The position numbers and the translations under genes are program-made. A stretch of 64,000 nt of DNA from an uncultured Thiotrichales bacterium (GTDB lineage Bacteria > Pseudomonadota > Gammaproteobacteria > UBA4575). Location of the stretch: positions 2,717-66,716 of the forward strand of contig CAZWQM010000001.1 of assembly GCA_964636225.1 (NCBI GenBank), in the 5' to 3' direction. Shown here piece by piece: positions 7,947-18,915 of the stretch (position 1 is its first letter; every line of letters starts with the position of its first letter). The notes under the pieces were generated by a model. It did not search any database and was not told the DNA's origin. It saw only the letters and a program-made list of their open reading frames with translations.

Positions 7947-10076
7947 ATGAGGTTTGCGAAATATTTCATCGCTTTCATTTTATTGTTATCGCTTGTTATT
8001 GAAGCGCATTCAGAAAATGCAACAGAACTGACGCCGATTGTTGTCACTGGCGATGCATCTACAGATAACGCGATTGAACCCACTTACCAGGATATACAAA
8101 AAGAGGCGGAAAAAACCCCTGGCGGTGTGACTGTGATTACTCTGGATGAGGCGTCTGAAGGAGAAGTCTCCACGATGGCTGATATGCTGAGATATGCGCC
8201 TGGAATATGGGCAATAAGTGACACGGGTAGTGAAGATGTTTTTTTCAGCAGTCGTGGTTCCAATCTGGATGCTGCTGATTTTGATATGAATGGTATCAAG
8301 TTATTGCAGGATGGATTGCCCGTCACAACGGCGGCTGGAGATAATCACAATCGAATTATAGATCCATTAAGTGCGAAATATGCAATTTATGCACGTGGTG
8401 CTAATGCGCTTAAGTATGGCGCGAGTACTTTAGGCGGTGCAATTAATTTTATCTCTCCCACCGCTTACGATACACCGCCGCTAGAGCTTTCTGTAAATGG
8501 CGGAAGCTACGAGCAATTATCAGGTAGAGCGACAGCCAGCAAGGTGTGGGACAACGGGTTTGATGCGCTTGTCACACTGGAAGGAAAAACTTTTGATGGT
8601 TACCGCGATCACACGGAACAAGAGAGATCCGGAATATACTCTAATTTTGGCTGGAAGCTAAACGATGCTGTTGTAACGCGTTTTTATGGGACCTATTTAG
8701 ACAATGACCAGGAATTGGCGGCTGGTCTGAGTCAGGCACAGGTAGACGAAGATCGCGACCAGGCAGGCCCTCGGGCAGAAAGAGGGGATTTTCAGGTGAA
8801 TGTTAGAACCCGGCGTCTAGCGAATAAAACCACCTGGCGTGTCGATGACAACCGTATGTTTGAGTTTGGTGTTTCCTATGAAAACCAGGATCTTTATCAC
8901 CCCATCGTAGATAAAGTGTTTGTCGACTTTGATGGCCCAGGTCCTATGGCACCCACTGAAGTATTTGGTGGTCTATTGATTGATACTGACCATAAAGATA
9001 TCGGAGCCATGGCGCGTTACAACCAGAAGTCAGGAGATCACGATTGGTTGTTTGGATTAAATGCCGGGAAAAATACCCAAAAAGGGGGTAACTATGGGAA
9101 CGATGGTGGAAAGAAAGATGGTCTGATGACTGAAGTCGATAACAAGGCATCGACCGTTGAAGCATTCATCCTGGATCGTTGGAGCTTTCATGATCAGTGG
9201 ACATTGATTGCTGGAGTGCAAGGAGTGCTAGCGAATAGGGAAGTGGAGAATACAGATCCGGCGACCGCTATGGTCACCAGAAACCCCGATGAGGATTATT
9301 CCCGTCTCAATCCAACTATGGGGTTCATTTACGAACCAATTAAAGATGTCAGCTTTTACGCTAATGTCAGTCAATTGTTCGAACCGCCGACCAATTTCGA
9401 ATTAGAAGATAATGTGGCGGGTGGTGACTCAACTCTTGATGCGATGCATGGAACTGTTGTGGAGTTTGGAACACGTGGTTCGAGAAACACGAGCGATGCT
9501 GTCTGGTGGCAGTGGGAACTGTCTCTCTATTACGCGTGGATTCGGGATGAAATCCTGTCGGTAGAGAATCCCGCTATGTTAGGTGACAGTTTAACAACTA
9601 ATATAGATGAAACAGTTCATGCGGGTATAGAAGCGTTGATACGGTCCGAATGGTCGTTAGATGAAGACCATCAACATATGATTGCTCCTGTTCTGTCTCT
9701 GACACTAAATCATTTTGAATTTGACAACGATGACACCTATGGAAATAACGATTTGCCAGCGGCGCCAGAATATATAGCAAGAGGAGAGGTGTTGTATCGG
9801 AATGCCAATGGGTATTACCTGGGGCCTACGTTTGATTTTGTAGGGAAACGCTATGCGGATTTCACGAATAGCTATAAAGTAGACTCCTACGAACTATTTG
9901 GTCTGAAGACAGGATGGTCGAACGAAAGGATTGATCTGTTTGCTGAGATAAGAAATATCTTTGATAAAGAATATATCTCAACCCATAGTGTGCGTAACAC
10001 AGCTACCGTCGATGATGAGATTCTAAATCCAGGGGCACCAATATCTGCCTATATCGGGTTAAAGGTACGCATGTAA
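7947..10076 (+). CDS. TonB-dependent outer-membrane receptor
   Basis: Signal peptide, TonB box region (ELTPIVVTG), plug domain, long beta-barrel, and a C-terminal aromatic residue context (…YIGLKVRM). 709 aa. Confidence 0.85.
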   Translation: MRFAKYFIAFILLLSLVIEAHSENATELTPIVVTGDASTDNAIEPTYQDIQKEAEKTPGGVTVITLDEASEGEVSTMADMLRYAPGIWAISDTGSEDVFFSSRGSNLDAADFDMNGIKLLQDGLPVTTAAGDNHNRIIDPLSAKYAIYARGANALKYGASTLGGAINFISPTAYDTPPLELSVNGGSYEQLSGRATASKVWDNGFDALVTLEGKTFDGYRDHTEQERSGIYSNFGWKLNDAVVTRFYGTYLDNDQELAAGLSQAQVDEDRDQAGPRAERGDFQVNVRTRRLANKTTWRVDDNRMFEFGVSYENQDLYHPIVDKVFVDFDGPGPMAPTEVFGGLLIDTDHKDIGAMARYNQKSGDHDWLFGLNAGKNTQKGGNYGNDGGKKDGLMTEVDNKASTVEAFILDRWSFHDQWTLIAGVQGVLANREVENTDPATAMVTRNPDEDYSRLNPTMGFIYEPIKDVSFYANVSQLFEPPTNFELEDNVAGGDSTLDAMHGTVVEFGTRGSRNTSDAVWWQWELSLYYAWIRDEILSVENPAMLGDSLTTNIDETVHAGIEALIRSEWSLDEDHQHMIAPVLSLTLNHFEFDNDDTYGNNDLPAAPEYIARGEVLYRNANGYYLGPTFDFVGKRYADFTNSYKVDSYELFGLKTGWSNERIDLFAEIRNIFDKEYISTHSVRNTATVDDEILNPGAPISAYIGLKVRM

Positions 10077-10097
10077 CTGAATTTCTAATTCACAGAG

Positions 10098-11603
10098 TTG
10101 ATCCCGATGTTGCTGAATAACAGTGTGAGAATCCACAGATGGCTGCGCTATTTAGCGGTTCTTGGTCTGGTGCTGTTTGTCGTTTCCGCGTTGATGCATC
10201 CAATCATGATCTGGACGGGGCCTCAGCCGTCCAGGATGGTTCCACCGTCCATGTCAATCCACGATTTATCTGCGGACAAAATTTCACATATCCTGACCAA
10301 ATATCATATCGAGTTACCCCTGTTGGTGAAGCTGGTACCGACCGCGGTTGGTACCTGTCTTCAAGTGACAGAGCAAGAAGACCTCCCGCGTCGATATTTT
10401 AATCTTCAGTCGGGTGAAGAACTTGAAGAATTTGACCGGCAACAGGCGATCTGGCTGTCACAATATTATACCAATGACAATGATTACATCACCAAAGTTG
10501 AATTCATTACCGAATTCAATGACGAATATCCGTGGGTGAATAGGCTGCTTCCAGTCTACAAAATCACGTTTGATTCAAAAGATAACACCGTTGTTTATGT
10601 ATATACCGAAACCAATGCGTTGGCGGCGATCAATAATGACTGGAAGGATGTACTACAGTTTGTGTTTAGAAATTTCCACACCTGGTCCTGGCTGGATGCT
10701 TTCCCGATACTTAGAATAATATTAACGACATTCTTGTTGATAGCATTGATCGCCATGACTGCCACTGGTGTGATGCAACTCTTTCTTAAGAAATCCACTT
10801 TAAAAACCCCCAGACGTCGTGAAAGTCATCGCATCGTAGCGACAATAGTATTCATTCCTTTAGTTGCATTACTCATAAGTGGGTTATTTCATCTTCAATT
10901 CCAGCAATTTGGTGAAAGTCGTGGAGGTATGAGAATGTCGGAGTCGTTGAGTTTAGAAAGTAACACTCATTCGAATTCGCCCAGTGCTTTTGACTACGAG
11001 AACCAGCCAATTAACAACGTTTCTCTGATCGAATATCAAAATAAGTTGTTTTACCGAATTGGATTTTCTCCTAAACATAACTCTGAGCCTACGTTTGGTC
11101 ATCATGCCATTGTTAGTAGTGATGATTTGAAAAAAAGAGAACAAAGATTTGATGGAATATCACCCGAGAGATCGTCGGTTTATATTGACGTTGCTAATGG
11201 CCAACTCATGGATCTTGAAGATAAAACAGTTGCAACATCTTTAGCAGCGGAATTTCTTGGGCGTAACCAATTGCAAATAAACAAGGTAGAGCTCGTGACT
11301 CATTTTGGCCCAGAGTATGATTTTAGAAACAAACGGCTACCGGTTTGGCGCATAGATGCGAACAACCCAGAGCACCATATTATATTTGTTGATCCGATTA
11401 CTTCTATAGTAGTCGATCATTTGACTCCTTTGTCACGCTTGGAAAGATGGTCGTTTTCTATGTTGCACAAGTGGGATTTCCTCGTGCCATTCATGGGGCG
11501 ACAGGTGCGAGATATGTTAGTAATTACTTTATTAACAGGTTTATTGCTACTTGCCTATCTAGGCATTTCCATGACACGGTTCAGAAATAGCCTTAAGAAG
11601 TAG
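10098..11603 (+). CDS. PepSY-domain-associated membrane protein (PiuB-like partner of TonB-dependent receptors)
   Basis: 501 aa. N-terminal TM, HTWSWLDAFPILRI motif region, multiple TMs, and periplasmic PepSY-like segments. Directly downstream of the receptor. Confidence 0.65.
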   Translation: MIPMLLNNSVRIHRWLRYLAVLGLVLFVVSALMHPIMIWTGPQPSRMVPPSMSIHDLSADKISHILTKYHIELPLLVKLVPTAVGTCLQVTEQEDLPRRYFNLQSGEELEEFDRQQAIWLSQYYTNDNDYITKVEFITEFNDEYPWVNRLLPVYKITFDSKDNTVVYVYTETNALAAINNDWKDVLQFVFRNFHTWSWLDAFPILRIILTTFLLIALIAMTATGVMQLFLKKSTLKTPRRRESHRIVATIVFIPLVALLISGLFHLQFQQFGESRGGMRMSESLSLESNTHSNSPSAFDYENQPINNVSLIEYQNKLFYRIGFSPKHNSEPTFGHHAIVSSDDLKKREQRFDGISPERSSVYIDVANGQLMDLEDKTVATSLAAEFLGRNQLQINKVELVTHFGPEYDFRNKRLPVWRIDANNPEHHIIFVDPITSIVVDHLTPLSRLERWSFSMLHKWDFLVPFMGRQVRDMLVITLLTGLLLLAYLGISMTRFRNSLKK

Positions 11604-11774
11604 CTTGCGAGTTCGACAGAAATCTTTAAAGATATGTTTTTAATAATCAAAATTTCTAAGACTAAGCTGGCACCTTAATAGAGAATTCAAATTTAATACA
11701 GAGATTGACTGATCAATTCTTTCCCTGTTCAAAATTTAGAACAATGACTTGAACAAAGCGCTTATTTCTTCCAT

Positions 11775-12329
11775 TCATAAAAGCGACTCTCCATTTTCTT
11801 TATGCCATTGCAAAATTCCGCCCCAAATTTCCTCGGCCGTTTCGGCATACCAGAACAGTTCACGATCTTCTTCAGCAATCACACCTTCATCCACCATAAA
11901 GTCGAAATTTACTGCTTTCTCCCAAAAGGTTTTGCCAACTAATACAATCGGAACTGGATTTATGCTGCGTGTTTGTATCAATGTGAGGGTTTCAAACAAT
12001 TCGTCAAAGGTGCCATAACCGCCGGGGAAGGCCACCAGTGCGCGTGTGCGTAACAGGAAGTGCAGCTTGCGCAATGCGAAGTAATGAAAACGAAAACATA
12101 GATCGGGTGTGATGTAAGGATTAGGAAATTGTTCGTGCGGTAAATGAATGTTTAATCCAACAGATTTTGAACCATTATCAAATGCACCGCGATTAGCGGC
12201 TTCCATTATTCCAGGTCCGCCACCGGTCATAATGGTGAGTTCGCTATCATTTGTTGCTTCGCTTATCAGACGTCCGAACTCGCGTGCGACATCATAATAA
12301 TGGCTATTTGCAAGAATACGTTCAGCCAC
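11775..12329 (-). CDS. LOG-family (TIGR00730) cytokinin-riboside-5'-monophosphate phosphoribohydrolase-like protein
   Basis: MTGGGPGIMEAANRGA, PGGYGTFDELFE, and the characteristic LOG Rossmann-fold motifs. Confidence 0.8.
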   Translation of the reverse strand: MAERILANSHYYDVAREFGRLISEATNDSELTIMTGGGPGIMEAANRGAFDNGSKSVGLNIHLPHEQFPNPYITPDLCFRFHYFALRKLHFLLRTRALVAFPGGYGTFDELFETLTLIQTRSINPVPIVLVGKTFWEKAVNFDFMVDEGVIAEEDRELFWYAETAEEIWGGILQWHKENGESLL

Positions 12330-12429
12330 TCTAAGACAATGTTGCAGATTTTGATCGTCTAAAGCTTATGAGCAATGTTGCGGTCGCTTTCACTTACGGC
12401 ATGCCTATCCAAAAACACCTGAACAACTC

Positions 12430-12720
12430 ATGCGATCTCGATTTTGTGCTTATGCTATGGGTGGGCTTGGTCAATTCCTACTCGATACTTGGCATCCTGT
12501 TACTGCCCTGGGGTTAACTTCAACGGGTTTATCTGAATTGACCTATCGTTGGGTTAGACTGGAAATATTGAATAAAAGTCAAAAAGGTGATAATGGCACT
12601 GTTGAGTTTAATGCATTTTATCTGAATGACAATAATAATGAAGATGTGCTGCATGAGAAATCATGCTTTGAAAGAATTGGTGGAAAATGGTTATACGTAA
12701 GTGCTGAGAATGATCATTAA
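12430..12720 (+). CDS. YchJ-family (UPF0225) protein
   Basis: MRSRFCAYAMGG… N-terminus typical of YchJ-like NTF2-fold proteins. Confidence 0.45.
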   Translation: MRSRFCAYAMGGLGQFLLDTWHPVTALGLTSTGLSELTYRWVRLEILNKSQKGDNGTVEFNAFYLNDNNNEDVLHEKSCFERIGGKWLYVSAENDH

Positions 12721-12764
12721 GTTAGTGTGATAATTTTTGTGTAATTAATTACTATTTTCCAGTT

Positions 12765-13382
12765 TTAAGCACTATTAGCATGATTTAGCAATCTGGCCGG
12801 ACTCAGATCTGCTTTTGACACTTCACGAAGCAATACTTTACTGCTCATACTTTCACTGATTTCTTTCCCTAGTTTTAATTGCAGCGATTGTTTAAGCGAA
12901 TTTGCCAGTGCATTGGCAGCGACTCTTTGATAATAAGGAAGGTTGGCAACATAAAATGGCAATGAATGAACAATAGGTTGTGATATGTCCAAGGAATTCA
13001 GAAAATAGCGACTTAACTGAGATATTTTGTGTTTGAATTGAGGATTGTCTTGCCAATTTTCCAGAGGCTGTAATGTCCAGCTCTTATCTTTACCCATGAT
13101 GCATGTGGCAAAGAATTGAAAAGGGCAGTTTTTCCATTTTTGTGGTTCAATCAGACTGAGTTTCCAGTGATCCTGATCCAGATATAGATAGTATTGTTTA
13201 TCTATGATGGGTTTAAAGCTGAACTTTGCACTTAATACCAGAATTGATGTGAAATAATCCGCCAGCCAATGAGGTAACTCTTTTTTTGTAACTGCGTAAG
13301 GTGTGAAGTTGGCCAGGTCATTAAGAAGGGGAACTGAGGCTTTGCCCTGTGGATTAGGCAGGTAAGTATTTTTAATCTTCAT
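12765..13382 (-). CDS. hypothetical protein
   Basis: 205-aa ORF with no recognisable motif. Ends at the start codon of the next gene. Confidence 0.4.
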   Translation of the reverse strand: MKIKNTYLPNPQGKASVPLLNDLANFTPYAVTKKELPHWLADYFTSILVLSAKFSFKPIIDKQYYLYLDQDHWKLSLIEPQKWKNCPFQFFATCIMGKDKSWTLQPLENWQDNPQFKHKISQLSRYFLNSLDISQPIVHSLPFYVANLPYYQRVAANALANSLKQSLQLKLGKEISESMSSKVLLREVSKADLSPARLLNHANSA

Positions 13383-14386
13383 TAGAAGCCGAAGTCAAAT
13401 TCAAAACTGCCATACTTATGATCCCAGAATTTCCAATCCTGCTCTTCTATTTCGGTGCTTTTTCCTACAAACTTATATTCAAAAAGATATTCACCGTTAT
13501 AGTTCAATCGAATACCCACTCCATTCTCCAGTACAACACGAGAAGTACTAACAGTATGTGGACTGCTATTGTTAAAGAGTGAGCCTTGCAGCGTGCCATT
13601 ATAGGCAACCAATTTTATGTCGTTGTGCAAAAATATTTGCCATTCCCATTGTTTTGGTTCATAGCCTGGTTTATTGAGATCAATATTACTTTTGTCACCG
13701 ACAATAAACTCTCCACCCAGTGAAACGTCATCAAAGACTGTTCCGAGTGAAGCCCGGTACCTTGGGTGTAGTGAAACATAGGGGAACACTTCATAACGGT
13801 TGGTTTTATATTCAACAAAATATTGTAATGCCAGTTGATTTTCAATTTGCAGATCCCAACTTTCCGGTTTTTTAAAACCAAAAAATTCATGCCATTCCGT
13901 TTGTGATTTATCTGCTTGTGAACAAGGACCTACACAACCAATGCTGAATTCATGCTTTAATTTTCTGTCCTGAAGTGTTTCTGCCTCATGAAAATAGCTG
14001 GCATAGAGCCAGCCCGCGTAGGGCCGGTCCCGGTCGGTATCAATTTGATCTGGTGTTAATGTAATATTGGAGCTGGTATATATTTTCTGGCCTAGCTTAA
14101 AGCCTGTAGAGATTTTGCTGAATTCGGAATGATTGTCTAGCCAGCTTAGGCTTCTGTAGGCCAGATTGTTGTGCGAGTCATTTTGATCGACATTTGTGTG
14201 ACATTCTACAGCAGCTTCAAATCCGTTGGAATAATAACGATCTGTACCGCCCCCTAAAGTCAAAGCGCTGTCATTTTCGATAATAATAGAGACTTCATGC
14301 TTACTACATGACTGAGGCCATGCTGTTGAGATGGAAGATATCAGTACTAAATAAATAATTGTTTTAATCATTACTATATTATTCAT
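13382..14386 (-). CDS. outer-membrane lipid A deacylase LpxR-family protein (DUF2219)
   Basis: Signal peptide MNNIVMIKTIIYLVLISSISTAW. N-terminal IIIENDSALTLGGGTDRYYSNGFE matches the END…TDR.YTNG signature of the LpxR family. Beta-rich and ends with aromatic F. Confidence 0.5.
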   Translation of the reverse strand: MNNIVMIKTIIYLVLISSISTAWPQSCSKHEVSIIIENDSALTLGGGTDRYYSNGFEAAVECHTNVDQNDSHNNLAYRSLSWLDNHSEFSKISTGFKLGQKIYTSSNITLTPDQIDTDRDRPYAGWLYASYFHEAETLQDRKLKHEFSIGCVGPCSQADKSQTEWHEFFGFKKPESWDLQIENQLALQYFVEYKTNRYEVFPYVSLHPRYRASLGTVFDDVSLGGEFIVGDKSNIDLNKPGYEPKQWEWQIFLHNDIKLVAYNGTLQGSLFNNSSPHTVSTSRVVLENGVGIRLNYNGEYLFEYKFVGKSTEIEEQDWKFWDHKYGSFEFDFGF

Positions 14387-14517
14387 TTCAACGAAACTAT
14401 ATTATTAAAGCTGAACGAAATATAGATGAAATTTATAATTAATCATTTCATTTCAATGATTGAGTTATAATAGGGGATTGACCGTGAAAGCGCTAATTTC
14501 GATACATAAGCGCATTG

Positions 14518-15252
14518 TCAAAAAAATATTGGAAGATTAACAATACTTTTTTCTATTTCTTTTTCACTGACGTCTCCACGTGCAAATAAAGAACCGCACA
14601 AGTTGGCTGCTGCAATGTTGTGTACGGATTTTTCCTGAAATAGATCCAAAGCCAGGCCGCCTTTATTGGCCAGGTCTTTAATGACTTCTGGACTTAACAT
14701 GCCAGCGCTTTCCTGCACGTAACACCGTGCAATATTGTGTATGGCGGACAGTAGTTTTGGTCCTATGAATTGTGGGGGTATTTGACCCGTGTTGAGTTCA
14801 AGCAGTCGCTGAGCCGTTTCGGTATAAAAGTCCAGAAAAGTGTTATTTTTTCGATACATCATGAAAGCATTATGTACTTTTGTTCGAGCAACTAATTTAC
14901 TCTCTTGCTTTTGAATCCAGACTTCGCGTCCCAGTGAATACGGGGTTTCATTTAAAATAAAGCGTTCGGGTGAAAATATTAAAAAATCGGCATCGCACCA
15001 TATAACAGTTTGGTGGTGATTATTTATTTTTTCCTGCAGTACTTTTAATCGTGCGAGATCGGTAGCAATAATACGTTGCTTTTGAGTTTTTACTAATAAA
15101 GCTTTTGGTACATAGTCAAATAATTCGTCTCCTATAAATGCATAATCAAAATTATTTAGATTAGCCCAATATTGAACAGAATCCAGACAGGTATTAATCC
15201 AGTCATAGGGGATGGGTGTTGTATGCGATTGAATAATCAGCGTTTCTGCCAT
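14518..15252 (-). CDS. putative DXD-motif glycosyltransferase (GT32-like)
   Basis: ATDLARLKVL … VIWCDADFLIF resembles the sugar-binding DXD region of GT32-type glycosyltransferases. Confidence 0.35.
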   Translation of the reverse strand: MAETLIIQSHTTPIPYDWINTCLDSVQYWANLNNFDYAFIGDELFDYVPKALLVKTQKQRIIATDLARLKVLQEKINNHHQTVIWCDADFLIFSPERFILNETPYSLGREVWIQKQESKLVARTKVHNAFMMYRKNNTFLDFYTETAQRLLELNTGQIPPQFIGPKLLSAIHNIARCYVQESAGMLSPEVIKDLANKGGLALDLFQEKSVHNIAAANLCGSLFARGDVSEKEIEKSIVNLPIFF

Positions 15253-15253
15253 G

Positions 15254-16255
15254 TCAGCGATTAAAAAGCATTTTGAAGAATTCTCGGCGGTTGCTTACAG
15301 AGGTATCTCTATCCATACGAAATTGCGCATGCTCATCAATCTCTGCACTGGGAGAAATCCAGATGCTCCACAAACCATCGGCTTTATTAGGCAGCAAGGA
15401 ATAACGAGTATCTATAATGCGTGATGGATTATTTGGATCGACAGAGACATAACCCTGAGAAAACCAGGTAAAACGCTGAATGTCTTTTGCCTGTTGTGAG
15501 TCGGGATTTAGCCAGGGGAAATCTTTACTAATATTAAGTTTGCGAATGAGTTCACCTGGGAACACTTGCGTTTCCAGTCCTACTCTCACTCCATCAGTGT
15601 AATAACCTTCATTGGTTTCATAAATGACTTTCCAGAGGATTAAGTTGCCCAACGTGGGTTTCGCGTTCAGGCGAATAGGGGTATGTCCACGCTGATGCGC
15701 AAGTTGCCTGCCAATTTCAGTGGCCCTGTGATTTTGATAAAGCCCAATGCCTTGATACATAATCACCCATAGAAATCCTGCCAATGCTATTTTCGGTGAT
15801 TTTTTAATGATTGCGATGATGACCATAGCAAGTAGCGGAAGCGTCAGTATGGGATCGATGATGGAAATCGTATCCCAGGAATATCGATGATGGGTAAACG
15901 GCCAGAATAATTGTGTGCCATAACTGGTGCAGCTGTCTAATAAACCATGTGTGGCATAACCCAGAGTGCTGTATAGATATGTCTGTTTAAATGAAAGACT
16001 GGAAAACTTTGAAAACAGATAATAAAAAAAAGTGGCGCAGATTAAGCCGCCAAAAGGAATGAATATAAGCGAATGGGTAAATTGTCGGTGATATTCCAGA
16101 AATAACAATGGATCTGAGTCTGAACGTATAAAAATATCGAGGTCTGCCGCCATACCGGACAAAAATCCAATAATGGCAACAATTAGAATCTGTTTTTTGT
16201 TGCAAAATGATTGTGGCAGACTTGCGCCAAGCGCGCCTTGAGTGAGCGGATCCAT
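15254..16255 (-). CDS. membrane-bound metal-dependent hydrolase (YdjM/DUF457 family)
   Basis: N-terminal MDPLTQGALGA…AADLDIF…HRQFTHSL typical of the LexA-regulated inner-membrane hydrolase family. Several TMs. Confidence 0.6.
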   Translation of the reverse strand: MDPLTQGALGASLPQSFCNKKQILIVAIIGFLSGMAADLDIFIRSDSDPLLFLEYHRQFTHSLIFIPFGGLICATFFYYLFSKFSSLSFKQTYLYSTLGYATHGLLDSCTSYGTQLFWPFTHHRYSWDTISIIDPILTLPLLAMVIIAIIKKSPKIALAGFLWVIMYQGIGLYQNHRATEIGRQLAHQRGHTPIRLNAKPTLGNLILWKVIYETNEGYYTDGVRVGLETQVFPGELIRKLNISKDFPWLNPDSQQAKDIQRFTWFSQGYVSVDPNNPSRIIDTRYSLLPNKADGLWSIWISPSAEIDEHAQFRMDRDTSVSNRREFFKMLFNR

Positions 16256-16414
16256 GATGTTTTATGTGAATTTCAGTTTGTGTAAGTAGTGATGTAGTTT
16301 CCCGTCAGTTTATGTCCATTGGTAGGTTCTCCTGGCCAGTCAATCCTTTCACTGTTTGTACTTGTCTCTGGATAAGGTATTTGTTGTTCGCTGATAGCGA
16401 ATACTGGGTCAATT

Positions 16415-16946
16415 ATGAATCTGAAATCTCAGGATATATTAATATTACTCAAGCTTGTGGCTCAAGGCGATATGAATTGGGTGTATAGCCGGCTGGCGAT
16501 GGAATTAAGTATGAGTTCATCCGAAATTCATGCGGCGATGAAACGTGCCTACAGTGCCGGTTTGATGATGGATAAGGGTGACACCATGATGCCCGATGCC
16601 AAAAACCTGGGAGAATTCATTATTTATGGAGTGAAATATGCTTTTGCTGCAGAACGTGGTGACCTCTGTATGGGAATTCCAACCTCTTATGCGGTTAAAC
16701 CACTCTGTGACAAAGTGATTTACGACAACACCAGTCCGCCGCCAGTATGGCCCGACTAAAATGGCAAAGTACAGGGTATTGCTTTTCGACCGCTTTATCC
16801 TTCCGTTCCAGATGCGGTTCGCGTGGATGCTAAATTATATGAATTACTGGCATTGGTAGACGCTATTCAAGGTGGTCGAACCCGCGAACGGACAGTCGCA
16901 GTGAAAGAAATCAAGATGCGCTTTACCCAATATGCCAACCATAACA
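16415..16946 (+). pseudogene. hypothetical protein interrupted by an in-frame TAA (16757-16759)
   Basis: The ORF MNLKSQDILILLKLVAQGD…VWPD stops at TAA. The same frame stays open for a further 62 codons (NGKVQGIAFRPLYPSVPDAVRVDAKLYELLALVDAIQGGRTRERTVAVKEIKMRF…LG*) to TAG at 16944-16946. Confidence 0.35.
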
Positions 16947-17094
16947 AGCTAGGTTAGATACAACACGTCAATCCGCGACGTAAAACAGGCCGGTTTCTTC
17001 GCAGCCAATCAAATAAGTGTAGGTGCTGGAGGTGGGTTCAAACAGCTGTCTGAATATCATGAATTCACCTCTATTAATTAATTAGCTTTCAGCA

Positions 17095-18705
17095 CTAAAA
17101 ACTAGCCGCCTTTTCATCTGCTTGTTGAATGGCCAGGTATTCATCATAAGTACCATGAAAGTCGACCAGCTTTCGATTCTTGATTTCAATAATACGTGTC
17201 GCCAAAGAAGAAACAAATTCGCGGTCATGACTGACAAAAATCAGTGTGCCTTCGTAATATTCCAGCGCAAGGTTTAGGGCTTCAATAGATTCCATGTCAA
17301 GATGGTTAGTGGGCTCATCCATAATCAGCACATTGGTTTCACCCATCATCAGTTTGCCAAACAGCAAGCGATTTTTTTCTCCTCCGGAACAGACTTTGAC
17401 TTTTTTCTTGAAGTCATCGGAAGAAAACAGTAGTCGTCCAAGCGTGCCACGCACAATTTCATCGTCATGCTTGGGTTGGCGCCACTGGCTCATCCAGTCA
17501 AACAAAGTTAGTTCATTGTTGAATTCAGTATTACTGTCTTGAGGGCAATAGCCTAATGTTGCGTTTTCAGACCATTTTATTGTGCCTTGCTTGGCTTTAA
17601 GTTCATTAACCAAGCAACTTAAAAAAGTAGTTTTACCAGCACCATTTTCACCAATAACGGCCAGTCGACTTCCGGCTTCTAATATTAAATTTCCATTTGA
17701 AAACAGGCTTTCACCCTCAAAACCATGGCCAAGGTCTTCCAGTATCAATGCCTGACGATGTAGTTTCTTGGTTTGAGTAAAGCGAATAAATGGGCTGACG
17801 CGGCTGGAAGGTTTAATGTTTTCAAGTTTGATTTTCTCGATTTGTTTGGCGCGTGAAGTCGCCTGTTTGGCTTTGGATGCATTGGCTGAGAAACGACTGA
17901 CGAATTGTTGCAGGTCAGCAATTTGCGCTTTCTTTTTGGCATTTTCAGACTGAACGCGTTCGCGTGCTGCAGTGGACGCAATCATAAAGTCATCATAGTT
18001 GCCGGGATAAACGCGTAATTCGCCGTAATCCATGTCTGCCATGTGTGTACAAACTGCGTTTAGAAAATGACGATCATGGGAAATAATAATCATGGTACTT
18101 TTTCGGTCATTGAGGACACCTTCCAGCCATCGAATAGTATGGATGTCGAGGTTGTTGGTGGGCTCGTCCAAAAGCAGAATATCAGGGTCCGCAAATAGTG
18201 CCTGTGCCAGTAGTACACGCAATTTCCATCCTGGGGCCACTTCACTCATACGACCAAAATGCAGCGCTTCGTCTATGCCGGCACTCATGAGTAACTCGCC
18301 GGCGCGGCTTCCTGCACTGTAACCGTCCAGTTCGGCAAACTGGATTTCCAGCTCTGCGACTTTCATACCATCTTCGTCGGACATTTCCGGCAGAGAATAT
18401 ATTCGGTCTCTTTCCTGTTTGATTTCCCATAATGTGGAATGCCCCATAATGACAGTGTCGATGACACTGTATTCCTCAAAAGCAAATTGATCCTGATGTA
18501 ACTTTCCGACGCGCTCATTTGGTGTGATGGATACATTGCCGGAAGAGGGGGCAAGACTTCCGTCCAGAATTTTCATGAAAGTGGATTTGCCGCAGCCATT
18601 GGCGCCGATTAGCCCATAACGGTTGCCCTCACCAAATTTGACTGAAATGTTTTCAAATAATGGTTTGGCACCAAATTGCATTGTGATGTTTGCGGTTGTA
18701 ATCAA
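17095..18705 (-). CDS. ABC-F family ATPase (YbiT/Uup-like)
   Basis: Two ABC cassettes: GANGCGKST…LSGG…[11 protein letters not shown] and GENGAGKTT…SGGEKNRL…[11 protein letters not shown], with an interdomain linker. 536 aa. Confidence 0.85.
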   Translation of the reverse strand: MITTANITMQFGAKPLFENISVKFGEGNRYGLIGANGCGKSTFMKILDGSLAPSSGNVSITPNERVGKLHQDQFAFEEYSVIDTVIMGHSTLWEIKQERDRIYSLPEMSDEDGMKVAELEIQFAELDGYSAGSRAGELLMSAGIDEALHFGRMSEVAPGWKLRVLLAQALFADPDILLLDEPTNNLDIHTIRWLEGVLNDRKSTMIIISHDRHFLNAVCTHMADMDYGELRVYPGNYDDFMIASTAARERVQSENAKKKAQIADLQQFVSRFSANASKAKQATSRAKQIEKIKLENIKPSSRVSPFIRFTQTKKLHRQALILEDLGHGFEGESLFSNGNLILEAGSRLAVIGENGAGKTTFLSCLVNELKAKQGTIKWSENATLGYCPQDSNTEFNNELTLFDWMSQWRQPKHDDEIVRGTLGRLLFSSDDFKKKVKVCSGGEKNRLLFGKLMMGETNVLIMDEPTNHLDMESIEALNLALEYYEGTLIFVSHDREFVSSLATRIIEIKNRKLVDFHGTYDEYLAIQQADEKAASF

Positions 18706-18915
18706 AACAGAATTCCTGAAAATGTAGTACGAGGATTTAATAAGGAGGCGGTACTATAAGGATTTGTGCCAGCGGCGTCGAGTCGACCTCATTTATGTGA
18801 CAACCCTGTCAGACTAGGATGTTTAAAATGAGCGGTTGCGGTGCAAAGTTCGGCGGCAAAATATGGTCAATATATAGTCGAAACTATTTCTCGTAGTAAA
18901 ATATTACCTTATAAA

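Noticed and set aside
8084-8326. Short antisense or nested ORFs inside long genes (for example 8084-8326, 10139-10402, 39845-40162, 43538-43966, 55398-55622)
   Set aside because: They are fully contained in well-supported genes on the opposite strand or in an alternate frame. None has a motif. They are treated as spurious.
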